Positions 1 through 8,913 of a stretch of 64,000 nucleotides of DNA are shown piece after piece. Made by a program: the position numbers and the translations under genes. The stretch is taken from the sequence record MZ422438.1; one strand, 5' to 3'. Numbering within the stretch: position 1 is the stretch's first letter; each line of letters starts with the position of its first letter. The notes below the pieces were generated by a model. It was given only the letters and a program-made list of their open reading frames with translations, did no database searches and was not told the DNA's origin.

Positions 1-8
1 TATTTTAA

Positions 9-20
9 AACAATAAAATA
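9..20 (+). promoter_or_regulatory. AR9-type late (nvRNAP) promoter motif AACA-N6-TA upstream of tail sheath
   Basis: AACA ataaaa TA about 80 nt upstream of the sheath ATG; the same motif recurs in front of several other genes in this window. Confidence 0.6.
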
Positions 21-101
21 TAATCTTAATAAGATGATTTATTTTTATGTTTATTAAGTTTTTTATAAAAAAGATTATAATGAAAGGAATGAATTATAAA
101 T

Positions 102-3100
102 ATGGCTAATGATGCAAGTTTGACACAACTACATCCATCAGTTTCATCCGTTATCAATGCAAATCAGTCTAATTTTCTTACATCTAATGGTGTAGTTACT
201 CTATTTGCTGCAGACACCTTTGCTAAAGGTAAAGATGGTGCAATTGATTTTGTTAGTACTAAAGATGAATTTATTTTTAAATACGGTACTCCAGATTATT
301 CCAAATACGGTCAATCAGCTTATAATATTGTAGAGTGGTTAGAAAATGGAGGTCAAGCATTTGTCCTACGTCTTCTTCCTGATGATGCTACCTTCTCTCA
401 TGCAATTCTGAATGTACAAAGTAAAGTTGTATCTCAAGGTAAAAATGTTTTAACTACTGCAGGAGAATTGGTTAAATTAGATGATGTTCATCTACGTCCT
501 ACTACTGCTTTTATTAAGAAAAATAATCGTGATAAGAATATGTTGATGTCTGAATTGACAAAAACTCGTTCTGATGAGAATACTGTTGATGGTTATACAA
601 ATAACTTTGTATTGCTAGTATATCCAGAAGGTCGTGGAGAAGCTTACAATAATTTAGGTTTCCGTATGACTCTTAATGGTTCTTTCGATTCAGCAGTAAA
701 TAGTTCTCGTGTTTATAACTTCGAAGTAATTCAATATGATTCTGAATCTAATATGACTGTAGTTGAAGGACCATTTTATGTATCTTTCGATCGTACTGCA
801 ATCTCAGCTTCTGGGGAATCTATGTTTATTGAAGATGTTATTAATCGCTATTCTAAACACGTTAATTGTGAATTTAATGAAGAAAACTTTAACCGTTTGA
901 CTAAATCTATTAATCCTAATGTTAACCCAGGACATATTGATATTCTTACTGGTAAATCTAAAGTTCTTCCTTCTGGTAAAGCTGAAACAGTTTATTCCGA
1001 AATTACTCGTGATAACGAAGATATTCATATTTCATTACAAAAATATAATGCTCGTGGAGAACTAGTAACTCAGAATGGTAATGCTGTGCTTAATATTCCA
1101 GACCCTACGGATACTGTTGAAGCAGCATTGATTAGTTTAGATAATGGATTACGTGAAAATATTTACAATCTAGACTCTAATAAACTTGCTTACATGAAAG
1201 AACAATTCCCTAAACTAAAAACTGATAGTTCTAGCGAATTTAAATTGGCTATGAATCAAATTATCAATGTTCCAGGAGATGATTCTCAACCTAAAACAGG
1301 TGAAGTGGTTACGCTTATTAATAATAACTTTGATTCATCTAATCCTAGCAGTCTTTATAGTAAATACCTTATTGCTAAAGAAGCTTATATTAGTGAAGAT
1401 AGTGATGAAAATCTTTCTGCAGTATTATCATACGTAGATCGTTTGTCTGAAGTATTGAAGTCTCAATTTATTGATTATTCTACTAAAATGAATGCTTCTT
1501 ATACATTAACTCTTCATAATTCACCAAATCCTCAACTTCCGGCACAATATGCGCTTGAACTTAACTCTTTGACTGATCTTCTTAATAAGAAAGATCAAAT
1601 CAATATCTTTACAGTTGAGCATCAAGGTAAACTATTTGATATTCAAGAAACAATCACTAAATATCGTTTAGGTACTGTTAGTGGAAGTTATTTGGAAGGA
1701 TTGTCATTAATCCTAAACAATGTTGAGAATGAAATTAAATATGTATATGAAAGCTTACTTCCAGTAGCATACAATGGTTATCAAAATGTACCTGTAGAGA
1801 TTTCTGATAAATTTGATTCATCAAAACCAGAAAGCATTACAAGTCGTTATAACCGTATCTTAGATCTTCAAAGTGATATGCAATCAGGAATTATTGACAA
1901 TACAGCAACTAATCGTGATGAAATCACTTCAGTAGCTAATGATATTACTATTGATCTATTGGATGTTATTAATGAAGTTACATTCACTTCTAGCACTACA
2001 AATATTGAAAGTGCATGTACAACTTCAGTATCTCATATTCTAGATAATATCGTTTCTTTCCATTCTGCAGTTCTTACAATGATTACACCTCAAGGTACTT
2101 ATGACTTTGATGCAATCATTTCTAATGCTAGAACTCAAATTGAAACTGAAATTTCTAAAGTTTCTACATCTAACTCTAAATTCTTTAATACAAATCTAAT
2201 TGACTTTTCTAATCCAATTAAACTTCTTTTGGGTTCTGATGGTTCATTTACTTATGACCCAGATAATTTATCTGAAAGACGTGCTTCTATTAAACAATGG
2301 TTAATTAAAGCATATAGTGGATCAGTTGATTCTGATCTATTGAATAAAGATAAATATCCAATTGATATCATTTTGGATGCAAAATATGATAGTGATGTAA
2401 AAGCCGCTATCGGTAGTTTGGCAGCCAATATTCGCCGAGATTTCCAATTCTTTGCGGATGATGCGGGTGGTTCATTTAGTTCTTCTCCAGTAGATTCTCT
2501 ATCATGGAGACAGACTTCTGCATTCAATATTAGTTCTCTTAACGTTTCAATATTCTCTCAAGATTTAACTTACTATGATGAATATACTGGTAAAGATATT
2601 CGCTTCACCGCTCCTTATCAACTAGCAAGTAAGATTCCTTACAACGCAGTACAATACGGATTGCAATATCCTTTAGCTGGACCACGTAGAGGTCTAATTA
2701 GTGGTCATAAAGCTATTTCTTGGGTTCCTAATGAAGCTGAAAAAGAAAAACTATATATTGCTAAAATCAATTATATTGAACAAGATACTAGACGTACTAA
2801 ATTTGGTTCACAATCCACTACAGAAACTGGTTATGGTGCATTATCTAATATTAATAATGTATTTACTATTCTTAAAATGGAACGTGATGCTAAAGAACTT
2901 GTATCTAGTTACCAATTTGAATTCAATGATGAAGAAACTAAAGATTCTCTTTATACTGAATTGAATTCTTACCTATCTAAATATACAAGTGACCGTAGCT
3001 GTGAGTCTGTTGTAGCTACTGTTAGTGCTTCTGACTATGATAAACAACAACGTATCATTAAAGTAAATATTTCTGTTAAGTTTAACGGAATTATTGAACG

Positions 3101-3131
3101 TGTTCAATTAAGCTTCGATGTAGCTAATTAA
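102..3131 (+). CDS. Contractile tail sheath protein
   Basis: 1009 aa. N-terminus (FIFKYGTPDYSKYGQSAYNIVEWLENGGQAFVLRL) and C-terminus (LSNINNVFTILKMERD...IIKVNISVKFNGIIERVQLSF) are typical of sheath proteins; followed by a tube-like gene. Confidence 0.85.
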   Translation: MANDASLTQLHPSVSSVINANQSNFLTSNGVVTLFAADTFAKGKDGAIDFVSTKDEFIFKYGTPDYSKYGQSAYNIVEWLENGGQAFVLRLLPDDATFSHAILNVQSKVVSQGKNVLTTAGELVKLDDVHLRPTTAFIKKNNRDKNMLMSELTKTRSDENTVDGYTNNFVLLVYPEGRGEAYNNLGFRMTLNGSFDSAVNSSRVYNFEVIQYDSESNMTVVEGPFYVSFDRTAISASGESMFIEDVINRYSKHVNCEFNEENFNRLTKSINPNVNPGHIDILTGKSKVLPSGKAETVYSEITRDNEDIHISLQKYNARGELVTQNGNAVLNIPDPTDTVEAALISLDNGLRENIYNLDSNKLAYMKEQFPKLKTDSSSEFKLAMNQIINVPGDDSQPKTGEVVTLINNNFDSSNPSSLYSKYLIAKEAYISEDSDENLSAVLSYVDRLSEVLKSQFIDYSTKMNASYTLTLHNSPNPQLPAQYALELNSLTDLLNKKDQINIFTVEHQGKLFDIQETITKYRLGTVSGSYLEGLSLILNNVENEIKYVYESLLPVAYNGYQNVPVEISDKFDSSKPESITSRYNRILDLQSDMQSGIIDNTATNRDEITSVANDITIDLLDVINEVTFTSSTTNIESACTTSVSHILDNIVSFHSAVLTMITPQGTYDFDAIISNARTQIETEISKVSTSNSKFFNTNLIDFSNPIKLLLGSDGSFTYDPDNLSERRASIKQWLIKAYSGSVDSDLLNKDKYPIDIILDAKYDSDVKAAIGSLAANIRRDFQFFADDAGGSFSSSPVDSLSWRQTSAFNISSLNVSIFSQDLTYYDEYTGKDIRFTAPYQLASKIPYNAVQYGLQYPLAGPRRGLISGHKAISWVPNEAEKEKLYIAKINYIEQDTRRTKFGSQSTTETGYGALSNINNVFTILKMERDAKELVSSYQFEFNDEETKDSLYTELNSYLSKYTSDRSCESVVATVSASDYDKQQRIIKVNISVKFNGIIERVQLSFDVAN

Positions 3132-3223
3132 TACTACAATATTTCTAACTAGAGGTAAATAATTTATACTTATTTTATTTATCTCTAGTATTTATTATAA
3201 ACAATTATTACTTATAAGAGAGG

Positions 3224-4036
3224 ATGACAAACATAATGCTAAAACCGGGTTCTAGTGCTAGAGTCTTTGATAATGACTTAGCTAAAGGTAAAAGCTTTTT
3301 TACCGGATCAATGAATACACAAGAACTTCAGTTTGATCCATTTGTTACAGGATATGCATTTATCCTTTGGACTAAAGTTCCTACTTGGGTTGAAAAATCA
3401 TTCCCAGGATTCCGTAGCCAAACTCAAAAGAATTTTAAAGAATTCTCAGGAATTTCAGATATGGAACTACAAACTGCTGAATATACGCATACTTTTAATA
3501 ACAATGCTTATCGTTTTAATAGTGGTATTACTAAAAACAATACTGAGTTTACTCTAAGACATCAAGAATTCTCAGGTAATCCAATTACAAATATGTATAA
3601 CTTATGGGTTTCTGGTATCAGTGATCCACAAACTGGTATTGCTACTTATCCTAAAGAATATAATATGGAGTATGCTGCTAAGAATCATACAGGGGAACTT
3701 CTATATATTGTTACTCGTCCTGACGTAAATAACGTAGAACGTAATAATATTGAAAAAGCATTCTTCTATACAGCAGTTATGCCTACTCGTATTGCATTAA
3801 ATCATTTTAACTATACTTTAGGTACTCATGATGGTGCTGAAGTTGAAATGCCATTTGCAGGAAACTTGCATATTGGTCCATTAGTTGATGATTATGCTAA
3901 AGAAATGTTACGTAAAACATACTCCTTTAACGCTCAAGGTATGTTTAACCCTCAAGATGGTTCAATTGCTGGTGAAAATATTGCTGTATTTAATGATAAT
4001 GCAGGAGTTACTGGTTCTGGTCTAGGAGATATCTAA
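3224..4036 (+). CDS. Tail tube protein (jumbo-phage type)
   Basis: 270 aa, directly after sheath; FTLRHQEFSGNPI..YNLWVSGISDPQTG pattern resembles jumbo-phage tube proteins. Confidence 0.7.
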   Translation: MTNIMLKPGSSARVFDNDLAKGKSFFTGSMNTQELQFDPFVTGYAFILWTKVPTWVEKSFPGFRSQTQKNFKEFSGISDMELQTAEYTHTFNNNAYRFNSGITKNNTEFTLRHQEFSGNPITNMYNLWVSGISDPQTGIATYPKEYNMEYAAKNHTGELLYIVTRPDVNNVERNNIEKAFFYTAVMPTRIALNHFNYTLGTHDGAEVEMPFAGNLHIGPLVDDYAKEMLRKTYSFNAQGMFNPQDGSIAGENIAVFNDNAGVTGSGLGDI

Positions 4037-4043
4037 TTAAATT

Positions 4044-4086
4044 AAATACCTATCACTATATTAATTTATGGTGATAGGTATTTTAT
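4044..4086 (+). terminator. Intrinsic terminator after tube gene
   Basis: 13-bp stem AAATACCTATCAC/GTGATAGGTATTT followed by T-rich tract. Confidence 0.7.
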
Positions 4087-4118
4087 ATTTTAATTTTTTA
4101 GAGAAATTATAGATATCT

Positions 4119-4199
4119 AACAATAATATATAAATGTATTTGGTTGTGAATCTTTATTATTTAAAATAATTTTTTAAATATTAGAATAACAATATAATA
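4119..4199 (+). promoter_or_regulatory. Two tandem AACA-N6-TA late-promoter motifs upstream of tRNA cluster
   Basis: AACAataataTA at 4119-4130 and AACAatataaTA at 4188-4199, 16 nt before tRNA-Tyr. Confidence 0.55.
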
Positions 4200-4214
4200 T
4201 AATTTTACTTCTAC

Positions 4215-4296
4215 GTGTCGGTATGCAAGCTGGTTAAAGCAGACGGACTGTAACTCCGTTTCGAAAGATTCGAAGGTTCAAATCCTTCCCGGCACA
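4215..4296 (+). tRNA. tRNA-Tyr (GUA)
   Basis: Acceptor GTGTCGG/CCGGCAC, anticodon arm ACGGA-CTGTAAC-TCCGT, long variable arm, GGTTCAAATCC T-arm; no encoded CCA. Confidence 0.92.
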
Positions 4297-4303
4297 TCTT
4301 TAT

Positions 4304-4391
4304 GGAAAGTTGTCTGAGTGGTTTAAGGTCTCGGTCTTGAAAACCGATGAACGTTTATAGCGTTCCGTGGGTTCGAATCCCACACTTTCCT
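4304..4391 (+). tRNA. tRNA-Ser (UGA)
   Basis: Acceptor GGAAAGT/ACTTTCC, anticodon arm TCGGT-CTTGAAA-ACCGA, long variable arm, GGTTCGAATCC; discriminator reads U rather than the usual G; no CCA. Confidence 0.92.
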
Positions 4392-4518
4392 CTTTTATAT
4401 TATGGACTTTTAAAGTTTAGTGGCTTTAAGAGTCAGCCAATTGTTTGTTTTTCTTTCTTTATTCCATATTTACTTTAGGGATATATCTTAAGGGGTTTTT
4501 GATATATCCCACTCCTTT

Positions 4519-4590
4519 TGACGTGTAGCTCAATGGTAGAGCATCTGACTGTTAATCAGACGGTTGCAAGTTCGAGTCTTGCCACGTCAG
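4519..4590 (+). tRNA. tRNA-Asn (GUU)
   Basis: Acceptor TGACGTG/CACGTCA, anticodon arm TCTGA-CTGTTAA-TCAGA, GTTCGAG T-loop; no CCA. Confidence 0.92.
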
Positions 4591-4600
4591 CTTATTTTAT

Positions 4601-4651
4601 TAATACCTTATAATTAATTAATACCTTATAATTAATTAATATAAGGTATTA
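4601..4651. repeat. 18-nt tandem duplication plus inverted copy between tRNA-Asn and tRNA-CAU
   Basis: TAATACCTTATAATTAAT at 4601-4618 and 4619-4636, then ATAAGGTATTA (reverse complement of the first 11 nt) at 4641-4651. Confidence 0.85.
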
Positions 4652-4664
4652 ATAATCCTAATAC

Positions 4665-4738
4665 GGTTCTTTAGCTCAGTTGGTTAGAGCAGACGGCTCA
4701 TAACCGTCCGGTCGATGGTTCGAGTCCATCAAGAACCA
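4665..4738 (+). tRNA. tRNA with CAU anticodon, likely Ile2 (lysidine-modified, reads AUA) rather than Met
   Basis: Acceptor GGTTCTT/AAGAACC; body TTTAGCTCAGTTGGTTAGAGCAGACGGCTCATAACCGTCCGGTCG matches my recollection of Bacillus tRNA-Ile2, not elongator or initiator Met. Confidence 0.85.
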
Positions 4739-4840
4739 TTTCTCTAAAAAAGATTATATAGAGAACAGTAATATTAAATTCAGTAATCTTATTCTAAGTT
4801 AATATGTATATATTAATAAGATGATAATTAAAGAAATTAA

Positions 4841-4966
4841 TTATTGCTGAATAATATTAAATTTCTTAATAAATAGATCAATTAACTTAAAAAATATCAT
4901 AACGATCCTTTTTAAAACCACACCTTCAAAAACCATGTATATGATTGATCTATTTAATGAAGTCAA
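4841..4966 (-). CDS. Possible 41-aa small protein (below ORF-track cutoff)
   Basis: AGGAGG at 4986-4981, TTG start at 4966, open to TAA at 4841; hydrophobic centre; SD spacing (14 nt) is long. Confidence 0.25.
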   Translation of the reverse strand: MTSLNRSIIYMVFEGVVLKRIVMIFFKLIDLFIKKFNIIQQ

Positions 4967-5159
4967 AAGTATTCTTGTATCCTCCTAATATATGAATATT
5001 TAACCATTTTTTTTTTTTTTTTTGCAAGTTTATATTGGTTCTTGCAAACTCTTTTTTCACGTATTATCTCTTAAATGAGGTAATACGTGTTTTTATTATA
5101 AAAATAAATATATATTATAATGATGATTAAAATAATATATAGATTGGATTGATGAGACG

Positions 5160-5975
5160 ATGGCATACAATATTGATAACGTAAGGGAAACTAAGGCAAA
5201 GGTATTAAGAACGGCAATTAATTCTCTGATTGCTAGATATTATGAATCTAATGATCCAAATACTGCACTAGAGTATTTGGAGACAGCTGCTAAAATGGAG
5301 GAATTTGTTGAGAATGACAATTATAATTATTTATTAGATTATAATATGAAGAGTACCCATCTAGTTAGACGAGTGACTAGTATTGATACAAATCTCAATA
5401 AATCAGAAACAAATGTTGGAAAACAAAAGATTAGATGTATGTATGAAAGAGAAAAGTCTGCATATATTTATAATATCAAAAACAAGAAAGTTGAAAGTGT
5501 TTATAGAAATAATAAGAATATTTCTAAGATCAATAAACCAAACTTTAATGAAGATGATATTGCATTAATGCGTAAGATTCTTGATTCCGAAGAGGGTAGT
5601 GCTATACATAGAAATCTTATTGGTTCTTATGTATACAATCATCGAATTGGTAAATGTGGAGTGATTGTCGGAATTACTAAAGCGCATATGTATTATACAC
5701 TTAGTGATAAGCATAATAATACTAAAACTAATGATACCAAGTTTGTTGTGAGATATCTAGACAATACTATGAACAACAAACAAACATCTATTGGTATCTG
5801 GCGTGCTACTAAATGTTCATTTAGTAAAGAAATTTCGGACTTTGCAACATATTATACTAGTTCAGAAAGTACGGAAGAGTATGATAAAGAATATGTTATT
5901 AATTCAATGAATCGTCTATATGAAATTGAGAAGAATTATACTCATAAATTCTTTGATACAGGACTAAAGATTTAA
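5160..5975 (+). CDS. Hypothetical protein, paralog of ORFs at 22.9-24.4 kb
   Basis: 271 aa ORF; TATATTAT motif at 5111-5118 upstream; terminator follows. Confidence 0.75.
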   Translation: MAYNIDNVRETKAKVLRTAINSLIARYYESNDPNTALEYLETAAKMEEFVENDNYNYLLDYNMKSTHLVRRVTSIDTNLNKSETNVGKQKIRCMYEREKSAYIYNIKNKKVESVYRNNKNISKINKPNFNEDDIALMRKILDSEEGSAIHRNLIGSYVYNHRIGKCGVIVGITKAHMYYTLSDKHNNTKTNDTKFVVRYLDNTMNNKQTSIGIWRATKCSFSKEISDFATYYTSSESTEEYDKEYVINSMNRLYEIEKNYTHKFFDTGLKI

Positions 5976-5982
5976 AGAATAT

Positions 5983-6034
5983 TAACGCTAATCATCCAAT
6001 AATAAGGATGATTAGCGTTATTTTTTTTTTTTTT
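5983..6034 (+). terminator. Intrinsic terminator between convergent genes
   Basis: 15-bp stem TAACGCTAATCATCC/GGATGATTAGCGTTA followed by a long T run. Confidence 0.8.
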
Positions 6035-6612
6035 TAATTTTTTCTAGATACGTTTATTGCCTTCATAACTATCTTATAGGAATCATATGCTATCTTTTCA
6101 GGAATTACGTTTGAATATTTATTATGGACATCCACTAATTTCTTACGTAGTTCTTCATCGCTAGTATTAATAATTAGCTTCTGAAACATTCCAAAGATAC
6201 TCATATGTTCTCGTAATCCACTATTACTAGAATTATATATTACCTTATTAAATTCGATCTTTTTTACTTTATTAGATCGGCAATATTCATTATCAATATT
6301 TTCTAATAGTTTATTAAGGTCACTAATAGTCTTTATACCTTTTATTTTACTAATATCTTTATGATATTCAGATATAGATGCGTATATATTATTTTTAGAA
6401 AATATACTTATCTCATCTTTATTAAAATGTTTGTTTAAACCATCTTGATTTATAATATTAATTCCATTCCGAATATTTTCTTTATTTCGACTAATAATTT
6501 CAGTAATAGTACTTTGTCTATCTTTATGTTTCTCAATAAGATTTTTTACTTTACGTAATATTGATTCATTAATTTGTGATTCTAATAAATCTTTAATATA
6601 ATTATTATCCAT
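6034..6612 (-). CDS. Hypothetical protein
   Basis: 192 aa ORF directly after the baseplate-like gene. Confidence 0.7.
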   Translation of the reverse strand: MDNNYIKDLLESQINESILRKVKNLIEKHKDRQSTITEIISRNKENIRNGINIINQDGLNKHFNKDEISIFSKNNIYASISEYHKDISKIKGIKTISDLNKLLENIDNEYCRSNKVKKIEFNKVIYNSSNSGLREHMSIFGMFQKLIINTSDEELRKKLVDVHNKYSNVIPEKIAYDSYKIVMKAINVSRKN

Positions 6613-6614
6613 AT

Positions 6615-8816
6615 CTATATATCACCTTTGTCTTTACGATTATATTTATAGAATTCTATCAATTCAAGAGAAAGATCACCAAAAATAGCTTGCATTGAAA
6701 TTCCACCATTGATATTTACATTTTCCATATCCTTAAAGTTTATTAGTGGGTTAAGGTAATCATAATTATTATTATTATCTGCAATAAATACTCGAATTCT
6801 ATTATTTTTTTTAATAACCTTAATTAATTTACTATCAAAGTTATAATCATAGGTATCTATAGTTTTAATATATAACGTAGGATCATCTTTAAATATATTA
6901 CGTTTAGTTCCATAGAATTGATCTATTTCTTTAAATCCGTTCGAAGCAATATTTCCTACAGCTACAGAAAAGCTATTATATGGTGGTAGATTACTATTTG
7001 TACTATCACTTTTAATAAAGAATCCATAACCAGAATTATCATTCTTATTGTAGTCGAGAGCAAATAATATCGCTCCGCCCTTAGATGGTGAAGTATGTTT
7101 TAGTTTAAATGTGATAATATATTCGTCTGGTAAAGTTAAATTTGTACTATACATATTTTTCCAAATATTATTCTTTGTTTCGTTATCCCTTGAACTTTTA
7201 ATAATCACTGGATTAGATTTAATTTTAACATTATTTTGAATTGTTTCTATAATTCTACCATTATTATATGATGGATTATTTGTGATAATTTCACTACCGT
7301 TTATTTCTTGTATGGTTGGATGAAAATATATTCCTTCAAAAGAATCTTTAGGGAAAATTTTAACACCTTTATCATCTATTGTCTTATAATTATATAATAG
7401 GTTTATATTATACCATCCAGAGGAAGGAACTGTGAAACTAGTATATGAATCATTATTTGAATAGCTCTTAATATTAATAGATTTTGTTTTGATATATGCA
7501 GTAGTATCCTTTTTTGCATTAATTATAACATTAACCGTAATTTTTTCAATACTTATTGATTTACTTTTAATAATACCCAACTTAAGGTAACTATTCTTTT
7601 TATTAGTATTAAAAATATCTGATCTTGGATGTAATGTAGTTACGCTTTCAGTAGTACTGTCTGTATAAGTAATAATCATTTCATAACCCATACTATCAAT
7701 ATCATCATTATTAAAACTACTTGAGTACTCTAAATTTGTAAAGAATAATCTATTATCTTTAATACGATTAATATCTCGATAGTTATTTACTGAGTCAGCA
7801 GTAAAATTTACCGATATAATATTATTCTTTCCTTTTTTTATTGTACTATCAAGAACATGCACATACCTACCTTGATCTTCATCATAAGAAACAAATGTTC
7901 CATTATACGAATTTACAAACTTATCAAGATTATCATCTCTAAAATCGCTTAATAATTCCATTTCATTAGGATTAAAATCTTTATTAATATTTACAATATT
8001 TTTTGCAGTATCAAGGTTATTTATCATTAATCGTACATTTCCACTAAAGTTGTTGGTCAATCCATATTTTTTACTTTTATCTAAGTATATTTTACCTGTA
8101 AATGATTTAGTATAACCTTTTTTAAAATAGTATGATGGTATACTAGTTAGACCTTTATCATCTAACGTAAAAGGATCTACATATCGACCATCATTATCTG
8201 TAACTTTACCCATTTCAACATCTATTGATGCTAGATTATAGTTTGCATTTAATATTTCATCTTTATTATCTGAAAAATCAGGAACTGTATGCCATGGAAT
8301 TGTTTCATTGATATCAGTACCTAATAAATCTTTTGATTTTTCATTTAATGGATGTAACATATGTTTTTTTACATATCTTGGACTTTGTACGGTTGATTTC
8401 ATATTTTTTTCCTGATTAATAATTTTATTGATTGTATTTAGAATAGTATCAGGGAATACTTTAATTGTTTTCTTATTAAATTTTTCAACAGTATCCATAT
8501 CATTAACAAACATTAATAAGTACCATAAGTCAGTTGTTTCATATAATTCCTCAGATACATATTCCGGTCTATAAAATTGGTTTTCCGATATATCATAATC
8601 AATTAAGTTTGATTTAAAAATATTTTCATACTTTTTTAACAATGGAAAACCTAATACTATCTTTCCTTCTAATAAATAAAAGTTAGATATATTACTAAGC
8701 AATATTTTATTAACGTTTATTGAATTTATTCCACCAACTAAGTCAACAAATCTTGAACTATCTAAACTATTTCTAGAATTATCTACTACTACCAAAATAT
8801 ATTCACCACTTTTCAA
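6615..8816 (-). CDS. Virion protein with N-terminal baseplate wedge (T4 gp53-like) motif and beta-rich C-terminal domains
   Basis: 733 aa; YRPEYVSEELYETTDLWYLLMFVN resembles the gp53/LysM-like wedge signature; late-promoter motif at 8828-8839. Confidence 0.55.
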   Translation of the reverse strand: MKSGEYILVVVDNSRNSLDSSRFVDLVGGINSINVNKILLSNISNFYLLEGKIVLGFPLLKKYENIFKSNLIDYDISENQFYRPEYVSEELYETTDLWYLLMFVNDMDTVEKFNKKTIKVFPDTILNTINKIINQEKNMKSTVQSPRYVKKHMLHPLNEKSKDLLGTDINETIPWHTVPDFSDNKDEILNANYNLASIDVEMGKVTDNDGRYVDPFTLDDKGLTSIPSYYFKKGYTKSFTGKIYLDKSKKYGLTNNFSGNVRLMINNLDTAKNIVNINKDFNPNEMELLSDFRDDNLDKFVNSYNGTFVSYDEDQGRYVHVLDSTIKKGKNNIISVNFTADSVNNYRDINRIKDNRLFFTNLEYSSSFNNDDIDSMGYEMIITYTDSTTESVTTLHPRSDIFNTNKKNSYLKLGIIKSKSISIEKITVNVIINAKKDTTAYIKTKSINIKSYSNNDSYTSFTVPSSGWYNINLLYNYKTIDDKGVKIFPKDSFEGIYFHPTIQEINGSEIITNNPSYNNGRIIETIQNNVKIKSNPVIIKSSRDNETKNNIWKNMYSTNLTLPDEYIITFKLKHTSPSKGGAILFALDYNKNDNSGYGFFIKSDSTNSNLPPYNSFSVAVGNIASNGFKEIDQFYGTKRNIFKDDPTLYIKTIDTYDYNFDSKLIKVIKKNNRIRVFIADNNNNYDYLNPLINFKDMENVNINGGISMQAIFGDLSLELIEFYKYNRKDKGDI

Positions 8817-8827
8817 ATTTCATTATA

Positions 8828-8839
8828 TAATTATATGTT
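8828..8839 (-). promoter_or_regulatory. AACA-N6-TA late-promoter motif
   Basis: Minus strand AACAtataatTA, 11 nt before the TTG start at 8816. Confidence 0.55.
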
Positions 8840-8855
8840 ACTATATTCTTTTTTA

Positions 8856-8905
8856 TCAAAAAAAAAAAAAAATGCCATAGTATATTATGTAATATACTAT
8901 GGCAT
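8856..8905 (-). terminator. Terminator after portal gene
   Basis: Stem ATGCCATAGTATATT/AATATACTATGGCAT followed on the minus strand by a long T run. Confidence 0.8.
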
Positions 8906-8913
8906 AATAAATG

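Noticed and set aside
4400-4510. Possible degenerate fifth tRNA between Ser and Asn
   Set aside because: No T-arm or cloverleaf; only a GGGATATATC/GATATATCCC hairpin.
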